This document shows positions 18,036 through 25,288 of a stretch of DNA of 32,000 nucleotides, piece by piece (the stretch's first letter is position 1; each line of letters begins with the position of its first letter). Position numbers and translations under genes: made by a program. Source of the DNA: Candidatus Electrothrix sp. GW3-4 (lineage in GTDB: Bacteria; Desulfobacterota; Desulfobulbia; Desulfobulbales; Desulfobulbaceae); NCBI RefSeq assembly GCF_037902255.1, contig NZ_CP147990.1:1770001-1802000 (forward strand), read 5' to 3'. The notes beneath the pieces are model-generated. The model searched no databases and was not told where the DNA came from. It saw nothing but the letters and a program-made list of their open reading frames with translations.

Positions 18036-18857
18036 GTGCACAGTATGAAAAAAACAGCGTTCTGCCTGCTTGTTCTGCTTTGCTGTCTTTGTTCCTCGGT
18101 ATCAGCAGAAGAATATATCCTTTCCATGTCACCGCTCTTTTCTGTTGAACAAATGACGAGCATGCTGCATCCCTTTGCTGCTCGGCTGAGCGAGGAAACG
18201 GGAAATGATATTAAGTTATTGTTAGCAGGGAATGGGGATCAGTATGCAGCGGAAATCCTTCAGGGCAATATCGTTATCGGCTATGAAACGCCTGCTGTGT
18301 ATGTGAACATATCTAATGTGCACGAGGCGATAGCCAGTGCAGTGACAATGCAGCATAATACCTTTTTCAAAGGTATTATTATCACCCGCCCTGAGTCGGG
18401 TATTTCCGGGCTTGAGGATCTGAAAGGAAAAAAGATCATGATCGTCAGCCGGGAGTCAGCAGGTGGATTCTTATCGCAAAAAATAACCTTAAAAGAGCAA
18501 GGTATTAATGTAGAGTGGGATTGCCAGCTGAGCGAGGCTGCGAATCAACGTGAAGAAAATGTTATTATCTCTGTGAGCATTGGTGATGTTGATGCGGGCT
18601 TTATCAGTGAGTATGCCCTGCATAAGGCAGATCAATATATTGTACCGGGCTCTATTACTTCTGTGGCCAAAACAGCCTCGCTGCCGAACTGGGTTGTTTC
18701 CATTAGTCGCAATATGCCGCAGGTGCAGAAAGATGATCTCCGAAAGGCTGTGCTGAGCCTGACCCAGGATGATCCCGCGCTCAAGGCCCTGGGGATCTCC
18801 GCTTTCACAAGAGCATCTGATGCTGATTATGATATTATTCGCGATATTATTGAATAA
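18036..18857 (+). CDS. PhnD-like periplasmic substrate-binding protein (phosphate/phosphite/phosphonate ABC-type SBP family)
   Basis: A 273-aa ORF with signal peptide MKKTAFCLLVLLCCLCSSVSA. The body resembles the PhnD family (segments LLLAGNGDQYAAEILQGNIVIGYETPAVYV and GKKIMIVSRESAGGFL). No permease or ATPase genes are adjacent. Confidence 0.65.
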   Translation: MHSMKKTAFCLLVLLCCLCSSVSAEEYILSMSPLFSVEQMTSMLHPFAARLSEETGNDIKLLLAGNGDQYAAEILQGNIVIGYETPAVYVNISNVHEAIASAVTMQHNTFFKGIIITRPESGISGLEDLKGKKIMIVSRESAGGFLSQKITLKEQGINVEWDCQLSEAANQREENVIISVSIGDVDAGFISEYALHKADQYIVPGSITSVAKTASLPNWVVSISRNMPQVQKDDLRKAVLSLTQDDPALKALGISAFTRASDADYDIIRDIIE

Positions 18858-18944
18858 AGGGCCTTGGACGAGGACCAGCCCCTGTGTGCCAAGGTGTTCA
18901 TTCGTGTCGCGTAGGCAAAGATTAAGATACCATCAGGGCAGAGA

Positions 18945-19994
18945 ATGCTATTACCGAGAGAAAAACCATTTTTAACAGGCCTGAATAGTTATTACCTTGA
19001 TATAGAGAAGTTTATTCAGCATCTTCAAGGTGAGATAGGATCTGGTTGCCTGTACTGCAAGGCAGTAGACCAGGAGCTGCTGGTCTACTTCGACGAGTAT
19101 GATATCGTTCGAGGAGTGAGCCAGAAGAGCGGAGAACAGGCCAGGGTTTCGGAGCAACTTGCTCATATCCTTGTTCCCTTGCAGAAAAAAAGCTTTCAGG
19201 TCACGATCTATTATCTTAATTCGAGTTCAATTTTTTTCTGGGGCCAGATGCCTGCCTTCAAGCGTGCGCAAAACACGCTGAGTTCAGACAAGGTGAATCT
19301 CCCTGATTTGATTTTTCGTCTCAGCCAAAAAGAGTTTTCTGGGTTCATTGAAGTCGATGTGGAAGGAAAAGAGAACTGCGCAGTGCTGTTTTTTCATGAA
19401 GGGCAGCGACGAGGTGGCTCCTATTACTGGGGAACTGGCGGATTAAGCCCTGCTGATATCGACTATAACACCCTGTTAGGGATGATTCAGAAGGGGAGCG
19501 GCGTCTACAGTCTTGGTTATTTCACCAGTGATCCGCTCTCTCCGGTTGTGGAGGTCGAACTGGAGGATGAAGAAGAGAATGAGGAAGAGGGTACACTGGA
19601 TGGATTTTTTGAGCAGGGGCAGGGCACAACACCTGTAGCCCAAGGACCTTCTGCGCTCAATCAGGCCCTGAATGAGTTTCTCGCAATCTTTGCTCAGACA
19701 GTGATCGCTAAAAAGACCAAGGCAGAGCCTTTTATTGATCTGAAATTGAAATTTATTGATTTTGCAGAGATACACCCCCAGCTTGATCCTTATAAGCATC
19801 TCTGTGAGATAGAGGATGATGGCAGCGTCACCATGGCACAAGAGATTTCAGAGAAAGAGGTCGCTGAGGGTATTATTGATTGCGCCTGGATGGTTATTGA
19901 GGATCATAAGCTGCATAAAAGATTTCGCGCCGCGATCCAAGAGATAGAGCACCAAGAGGTCTTTCAGGAACAAGGGCTTGAGCTGCAACGATAG
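18945..19994 (+). CDS. Hypothetical cytoplasmic protein with two DUF4388-like modules, an acidic linker and a helical C-terminal domain
   Basis: A 349-aa ORF. Two segments look similar: IGSGCLYCKAVDQELLVYFDEYDIVRG and FSGFIEVDVEGKENCAVLFFHEGQRRGG. They are followed by the linker EVELEDEEENEEEG. The family assignment comes from memory of the DUF4388 pattern and is tentative. Confidence 0.45.
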   Translation: MLLPREKPFLTGLNSYYLDIEKFIQHLQGEIGSGCLYCKAVDQELLVYFDEYDIVRGVSQKSGEQARVSEQLAHILVPLQKKSFQVTIYYLNSSSIFFWGQMPAFKRAQNTLSSDKVNLPDLIFRLSQKEFSGFIEVDVEGKENCAVLFFHEGQRRGGSYYWGTGGLSPADIDYNTLLGMIQKGSGVYSLGYFTSDPLSPVVEVELEDEEENEEEGTLDGFFEQGQGTTPVAQGPSALNQALNEFLAIFAQTVIAKKTKAEPFIDLKLKFIDFAEIHPQLDPYKHLCEIEDDGSVTMAQEISEKEVAEGIIDCAWMVIEDHKLHKRFRAAIQEIEHQEVFQEQGLELQR

Positions 19995-20009
19995 CCCCTC
20001 AGGGAACCA

Positions 20010-21089
20010 TCACCGGATCTCTTGCTCTTTGTGCGCGGCCTTGCCTGCCAGTTGACCACAGGCCGCCGAGATATCGGCCCCCCTGCTCTGACGGATAAAG
20101 ACGGTGTAGTTTTCCTGTCGGAGTATCTCCTGAAAGCTCAAAATACGCTCATTCGACGGGCTGATAAATTCTTCGCCTTCCCCTTTGTTGACAGAGAGGA
20201 GGTTAATCTTGCAGGGAATCTCCTTGAGTAAGCCCGCTAACCTGTGCGCATCCGCATCAGAGTCGTTGATGCCTGCAAAGAGGGTGTACTCAAACATGAT
20301 CCGCTGTCGCTTTTTGCCGGGATATTCCTTACAGGCCTTGAGAAGCTCCTCAAGGGGCCAACGTTTATTCACGGGCATAAGACGATCTCTGGTGGCATTA
20401 TCCGCTGCATGGAGGGAGACGGCCAGATTGACCGTGCTCTGTTTGCCCAACTCCAGCATCTGCGGTACCAAGCCGCAGGTAGAGACCGTGATTCGACGGG
20501 TGGCAAAGTCGAGGCCGCGTTGCTCCGTGAGCAGGGAGAGGCTGGCCAGCAGGTTGTCCATATTGGCTAAGGGTTCGCCCATGCCCATGAAGACGATGTT
20601 GGTCAATTCCTGTTTTGGACAATGCTCCTCATGTTCTAACATCCAGTCCCGCACTGCACAGACCTGATTGACGATCTCTGCCCGGCTCAGGTTACGCTGA
20701 AAGCCCATACTGCCGGTAACACAGAAACGACAGCCCATAGCGCAGCCCGCTTGCGAAGAAACACAGAGGGTATTGCGATCTTCCTCCGGGATGAGGACGG
20801 ATTCAATCATCAGACCATCATTCAGGCGAAACCCGAACTTGACCGCCCCGTCCTGGGAGATCTCGGTAATCGGGTCAACGAACCTGCTCATTCGGGCATG
20901 TTTTGCCAACACAGCGCGAAAGGTTTTGGCCAGATCGGTCATCTCCTCAAAGTCGGTAATGCCGGGCTTGTAGATCCAGGCCAGGATCTGGCGACCGCGA
21001 AAGCCGGGTTGGCCCAGGGATTCCACATATTCGACCAGTTCGTCCTGGGTCAAATTCTTGAGATCGGTTTTTTTCTGTTCAAGCGTCAT
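20010..21089 (-). CDS. rlmN: 23S rRNA (adenine2503-C2)/tRNA A37 methyltransferase RlmN (radical SAM)
   Basis: A 359-aa ORF. It carries the radical SAM cluster motif CVSSQAGCAMGCRFCVTG, plus GMGEPLAN and the C-terminal DISAACGQL. Length and order are typical of RlmN. Confidence 0.95.
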   Translation of the reverse strand: MTLEQKKTDLKNLTQDELVEYVESLGQPGFRGRQILAWIYKPGITDFEEMTDLAKTFRAVLAKHARMSRFVDPITEISQDGAVKFGFRLNDGLMIESVLIPEEDRNTLCVSSQAGCAMGCRFCVTGSMGFQRNLSRAEIVNQVCAVRDWMLEHEEHCPKQELTNIVFMGMGEPLANMDNLLASLSLLTEQRGLDFATRRITVSTCGLVPQMLELGKQSTVNLAVSLHAADNATRDRLMPVNKRWPLEELLKACKEYPGKKRQRIMFEYTLFAGINDSDADAHRLAGLLKEIPCKINLLSVNKGEGEEFISPSNERILSFQEILRQENYTVFIRQSRGADISAACGQLAGKAAHKEQEIR

Positions 21090-21115
21090 GATTTTTTTAA
21101 ATATAAAATAGTCCG

Positions 21116-21138
21116 TTACTCGTCATTGCAGCGAGTAA
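21116..21138 (-). terminator. Hairpin after the radical SAM gene (putative terminator)
   Basis: On the minus strand: TTACTCG-ctgcaatga-CGAGTAA, followed by CGGACTATTTTATATTTAAAAAAA. It lies about 35 nt after the stop at 21174. Confidence 0.4.
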
Positions 21139-21173
21139 GGATGTTGAGGTTGTTGGGCAGGGAAAGATACAAG

Positions 21174-22049
21174 CTATAATCCCCGTAACCCTTCTGGCTT
21201 TAAGGCAACGGCTCCAGCAAGGGCCTGGTCAATGATGGCGAGAAAAGAGTCCCGGTCCTTGGGCAGGCGTCCGTCCAGGGTGAAATAATTAGAGGCATGA
21301 TTGGCCTGGAATTGACAGCGAAATTCTTTCAACCCGGCAAGCAGGGTGCGGAGTTCCTGGAATAATCCGACTTGATCCGGGAGATGAAAAGAACCTGCTG
21401 CGGCTGCCTGTCCTAGCTCGGTATTGTCCAGGAGCATCAGGGTCAGCACGGCGATCTGGCTTGGTTGCATTTTGTTGAGGAGCGCTGCGCTGTCTTGCGC
21501 ATGTTGCCGGGAGTATGTATTTCCGCCGATACCAAGCAGACAGGTGACAGAGAGAAAGATTCCAGCCTCCCGAACCCTTCTCCCTGCCTCGATCATCTCG
21601 TTAGCAGTGGCGCCTTTTCTGATCGCCTCCAGCACCTGTTCACAGCCGCTTTCCAGGCCCATATAAACACGGCCCACCCCGGCCTGTTTCAGTTCCGCCA
21701 GTTCTTGTCTGGTTCGCTTGAGGATATCCCGACAGTTGGCGTAAAGGCTAATGCGACGCACCCAAGGAAGTGCGGCCCGTATTTGTTGACAGAGCTGGAG
21801 CAACCTTTTTTGCGGGATAATCAGGGCATCTCCATCCGCAAGGAAGACGGTCTTTTGTCGACGACAATACTGGGCCGCAAAGGCAATATCCTCATTAATG
21901 ATGCGCTCATCCTTAATATGGAACTTCTGCTCAGGAGCGCGATAGGCCCCGCAGAAGGTGCAGCGGTTGTGCGAACAGCCCACCGTGGCCTGGAGGATGA
22001 TGGAGTTTGCCTCGCTGGGGGGGCGGATGATATTGCCTTGGTAATGCAC
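21174..22049 (-). CDS. Radical SAM protein (unassigned subfamily)
   Basis: A 291-aa ORF with a GTG start. It carries the cluster motif GCSHNRCTFCGAY near the N-terminus and TIM-barrel-like periodicity afterwards. The start lies 24 nt after the fic stop. Confidence 0.8.
   Translation of the reverse strand: MHYQGNIIRPPSEANSIILQATVGCSHNRCTFCGAYRAPEQKFHIKDERIINEDIAFAAQYCRRQKTVFLADGDALIIPQKRLLQLCQQIRAALPWVRRISLYANCRDILKRTRQELAELKQAGVGRVYMGLESGCEQVLEAIRKGATANEMIEAGRRVREAGIFLSVTCLLGIGGNTYSRQHAQDSAALLNKMQPSQIAVLTLMLLDNTELGQAAAAGSFHLPDQVGLFQELRTLLAGLKEFRCQFQANHASNYFTLDGRLPKDRDSFLAIIDQALAGAVALKPEGLRGL
22017..22049 (-). repeat. Copy 2 of the radical-SAM 5'-end repeat (functional start of the gene)
   Basis: The minus strand reads GTGCATTACCAAGGCAATATCATCCGCCCCCCC (M/V-HYQGNIIRPP). 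It matches 22875-22908 at roughly 26 of 33 positions, with one 1-nt gap. Confidence 0.8.
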
Positions 22050-22073
22050 GAAAGTTTTCTCTCAGGATACAGG

Positions 22074-22835
22074 TTATCGTAGGCAGTTCGGAAGCATCAC
22101 CAGGAAGTCGATGCACTTGTCATAGTCAAGTTCGTAGAAATTGACTCCCAGGTGTATAGTTGCATAATATTCCGGTTGATGCTCTTTATAATACTGCTCC
22201 GATGGTATCTTCCAGAGGTGTTCACCGAGTTTTTCCGCCAGGAACCATTTTTCCAGCAGCCGCGCCGCTCGTCCGTTGCCGTCTCTAAAGGGATGAATAT
22301 GGGCAAAACGCAAATGGAGCAGGGCGGCAAAATAAAAGACCTCTTCCGTCGTCAGAGGAGTGGCGATAAGTTCTGCAACGCCGTTGAAGAAGGTCTCCAT
22401 TCCCTTCCCGATAAATTCAGGTTCTACGGCCAAATAGGCCATACCTGTTTTGCCAAACACACCGACGGGTTCAATTCGGTACGCGCCTCTTTTGCTCTTG
22501 ATCAGGAAGGTTGCAGAAAACATCTTGTGGCAATGGAGCAGATTTGCCTCTGTTAGCCTGTTTTGTTGGGCAAATCCATAGGCGGCAATGAGGTTTTCTA
22601 TTTCTTCGATCTCTTTTCCGGGTTTGGAGTTGGTCTGGCTGAGCTCATAATTCATGTATGAGTTCAGATCAACGCTGTTGCCCTCTATATTTGAGGAGTA
22701 GACAGCGGAGGCCTTGATCAGGTACTCGAATTGCCCGTTATCTTCTGAAAAGTCAAAGCGGGTGAGCAGGCCTTTAATCTGATTGCCTATGGTTTGTGAG
22801 TAGGCATCAAGATATGTTTTTTCTGTAACATTCAT
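22074..22835 (-). CDS. fic: Fic-family protein (AMPylase-type fold) with N-terminal inhibitory-helix motif
   Basis: A 253-aa ORF. The Fic active-site motif HPFRDGNGRAARLL matches HxFx(D/E)GNGRxxR. The upstream SSNIEGN matches the (S/T)xxxE(G/N) auto-inhibition motif of class II Fic proteins. Confidence 0.9.
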   Translation of the reverse strand: MNVTEKTYLDAYSQTIGNQIKGLLTRFDFSEDNGQFEYLIKASAVYSSNIEGNSVDLNSYMNYELSQTNSKPGKEIEEIENLIAAYGFAQQNRLTEANLLHCHKMFSATFLIKSKRGAYRIEPVGVFGKTGMAYLAVEPEFIGKGMETFFNGVAELIATPLTTEEVFYFAALLHLRFAHIHPFRDGNGRAARLLEKWFLAEKLGEHLWKIPSEQYYKEHQPEYYATIHLGVNFYELDYDKCIDFLVMLPNCLR

Positions 22836-22874
22836 GGTTGCTGGCTAACGTGTTGTTTTGGAAACGGTATCTCC

Positions 22875-22908
22875 GGGAGGGCGGATGATGTTACCTTTGA
22901 TAATCCAT
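22875..22908 (-). repeat. Copy 1 of the radical-SAM 5'-end repeat (orphan remnant upstream of fic)
   Basis: The minus strand reads ATGGATTATCAAAGGTAACATCATCCGCCCTCCC. Apart from one extra A it encodes MDYQGNIIRPP. As written it stops after 5 codons. Confidence 0.75.
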
Positions 22909-22992
22909 GTAGCCCTTTAAATGTTGATGGCCTGGTAAAAAGTCAGAAAACAGCAATTCTCTAACGACAACTCAACGAGTTACAATACGATT

Positions 22993-23019
22993 TTTCGCAA
23001 AATTGGACTTTTTGCGAAA
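22993..23019 (-). terminator. A/U-rich hairpin downstream of the ATPase-Toprim gene (possible terminator or operator)
   Basis: TTTCGCAAAA-ttggact-TTTTGCGAAA has perfect 10-bp arms and lies about 45 nt after the stop at 23063. Confidence 0.35.
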
Positions 23020-23062
23020 CCATCAAATGTTGCTCATAAACTCGATTAGAATCTATTGAGAT

Positions 23063-25048
23063 CTAGTCACCCAATATTCTTTTGTAGGTATCAATGACAT
23101 CTATCGGGAGCAAGCTAGGCATGTCTGCAAGAGTGCTTTCTATGATGTGTCTCATCAGCCCTCCTGCTTGATTATTATGAGGTTTTAGGAATCCGAATAC
23201 ACTCACCACACACTCCTCTAACCTATGATCATCAAGGTGTAGATAGTCTTTTCGTACCAGTAAGTTCATTCCATTTTGATACTCGATAGGCAGCTCATCC
23301 TCATTAAAACTCAAGTCTGATCCCAGAACCAACGATTGAAGCTTATTCACTGCCCGTTGCCATCTTTCTTGATCCCATCCGTTCAATCCCACATAGGTCT
23401 CCCCATCTTCAACCATACCTTTTTCACGCATAAAACGAATCTTGTTACGTACACATGATGCGAAAAGAATGGCAGGATCAAAGATTGCTGACTCCAAACC
23501 ATTTCGGATTGTTGGGGACAGCACCTTAACTCGTGTCGTTTCAGAAACGTTACCGTCCCAATCGACTAAACCAAACACGCTCTCATTGCCATTATCACAT
23601 AACGTCTTGACAATCCTCTGAACTTGAGCGCATCCGGCATTTGTTTCACCGCCAGATTCAGGCCTATGTCCTACCTCAATGAAATTCAATGATCTTTCCG
23701 ATCCGATATCGCCTTTATATGCCTGATAGAGAGATTCATAAATTCCTGCATCTGTTTTACTCTCAACGAATACCTGCCTTCTCCCTTCAAAGGAAATAGA
23801 TAACGTTGGAACCCCAGCCGTCAAAATGGACAGTGCTTCCCCTTTGCTGCATTTGTCGATCTGCGGTCCGATAGGGTTCATTTCATATAACGAATCCTCA
23901 TTGGCCAATGCCACAGTCGAAGGACTATGCGTTGTCAATATCACTGAGATGCCTTTTTCATCCACTAGGACTGACTGAATCGTTTTGAGTAGAGATACGA
24001 CCATTGATGGATGTAGAGGGGCATCTACTTCATCTAAAAGCAGCAGTCGTGGGAATCGTTTCTTCTGACGCGCATCACTTGCATTATACAAACATAGAGC
24101 AAACGACATTAAAACCTTCTCGCCAGACGACAGGTCACCGAATCTCATATCCACCTCTGACGACATTTTGTTTAGGCGGGGTTCAAATGATGCAGTTTCA
24201 TGCAACGGAGGAGAGTTAACCCGAAAATCCAGTTCGCAGACCGACAATATTCGGTTAACGAAATCCCATGGTGGTTCCCCGTACTCCTCAAGAAATCGTT
24301 CAGGCGATAGATGTACAACATCGCCGTCTGCTGGGGGATACTTCTCCAGTCTATCGTTCTGATGAATAAGATCGCGGTATGTAGAGAACAGTCTGCCGAA
24401 TGCCTGTTGGAAAGGGTCCACTTGTCCCCATAACAGACTCTTGTTGTTAAAGAACTTAGACTCAGAGGTCTCAAGGAATAATTCAGGATTTTCTTGAACT
24501 ACTTCGGGGGCTAGTTTTTTGAGGAATTCGTCACCGATATGGCGCTGCGTTTGATTGAAGATGTTTTGCCCATTTGACTTCTGAATGTTCTTTATCTTCT
24601 CATAGATTGCATCCACCTTGCTATCTTCAACGTGGTCTTTGAGTCGGGATTTGTTTAGGTTACGAATTTTATATATAGTAGAGCAGTGCTCTGAAGGGAT
24701 TCCCAAGGAGATAAGCTGCTGCTGTAGATTAGGAAGAATTTGGTCTTGTTGTGCTTTGATTTGGTTGAACCAGTTTGAACGCTGTATTAAATGTTGATGT
24801 ACATGAAACACTCCTGTGTCCTTGGGGATTATGCTATTCCAATCGTATAAAATTACATCATTTTGAATGTTCTGAACTAAGCTTGAGGAAACCTTCCCAT
24901 TGCTTAGAGCTTCCAATAAATGTGTCTTCCCTGACCCATTTCTGCCCGTCAGGATAACAAAACTAGGCAGGTCGATAGAGTTGAGTGAGCAAATCGATTT
25001 ATATAATGCGTTGAATGTAAGTGTATTCATGTGGTCAACTCTAGCCAT
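23063..25048 (-). CDS. Fused ABC-type (AAA_15/21-like) ATPase + DUF4435/Toprim-like nuclease domain protein (OLD-family or merged PARIS AriA-AriB-like)
   Basis: A 661-aa ORF. The ATPase motifs are Walker A LTGRNGSGKTHLLEAL (aa 33-48), ABC signature-like LSSGEKVLMSFAL (aa 306-318), Walker B RLLLLDEVDAPLHP (aa 334-347) and H-loop ILTTHSP (aa 370-376). The C-terminal half carries VFVESKTDAGIYESL (Toprim Glu), FGLVDWDGN (DxD-like) and RNGLESAIFDP. This is the pattern I associate with DUF4435. An alternative start is ATG 25030. Confidence 0.8.
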   Translation of the reverse strand: MARVDHMNTLTFNALYKSICSLNSIDLPSFVILTGRNGSGKTHLLEALSNGKVSSSLVQNIQNDVILYDWNSIIPKDTGVFHVHQHLIQRSNWFNQIKAQQDQILPNLQQQLISLGIPSEHCSTIYKIRNLNKSRLKDHVEDSKVDAIYEKIKNIQKSNGQNIFNQTQRHIGDEFLKKLAPEVVQENPELFLETSESKFFNNKSLLWGQVDPFQQAFGRLFSTYRDLIHQNDRLEKYPPADGDVVHLSPERFLEEYGEPPWDFVNRILSVCELDFRVNSPPLHETASFEPRLNKMSSEVDMRFGDLSSGEKVLMSFALCLYNASDARQKKRFPRLLLLDEVDAPLHPSMVVSLLKTIQSVLVDEKGISVILTTHSPSTVALANEDSLYEMNPIGPQIDKCSKGEALSILTAGVPTLSISFEGRRQVFVESKTDAGIYESLYQAYKGDIGSERSLNFIEVGHRPESGGETNAGCAQVQRIVKTLCDNGNESVFGLVDWDGNVSETTRVKVLSPTIRNGLESAIFDPAILFASCVRNKIRFMREKGMVEDGETYVGLNGWDQERWQRAVNKLQSLVLGSDLSFNEDELPIEYQNGMNLLVRKDYLHLDDHRLEECVVSVFGFLKPHNNQAGGLMRHIIESTLADMPSLLPIDVIDTYKRILGD

Positions 25049-25084
25049 ATAATTCAGGAAAGATCATCATTTGCAGAGCGTATT

Positions 25085-25116
25085 CAGACGCAAAAATACA
25101 AGTGTTGTTGCGTCTG
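25085..25116 (-). promoter_or_regulatory. Hairpin in the 5' leader of the ATPase-Toprim gene
   Basis: CAGACGCAA-(14 nt)-TTGCGTCTG has perfect 9-bp arms and lies 37-68 nt upstream of the 25048 start. Confidence 0.4.
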
Positions 25117-25160
25117 CGTCAGTTCCTATTCTAAGATGTTATCTTCTTGTGTGGGATAGC

Positions 25161-25176
25161 CTGTATACTAGTACAG
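25161..25176. promoter_or_regulatory. CTGT-N8-ACAG palindrome (E. coli-type LexA/SOS-box-like operator candidate)
   Basis: CTGTATACTAGTACAG lies about 115-130 nt upstream of the ATPase-Toprim start. A third half-site, ACTGTAC, occurs at 25268-25274. Confidence 0.35.
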
Positions 25177-25288
25177 TCAGGCGCAAATTACCCTATTCTT
25201 TCTGGAGCCGCTTTCCCGTTCTTTACAAGGTAGTTTGCTGTGAAAAGTAGCGCAAGACTTACGCCGCACTGTACTAGCCCTTGTAACC

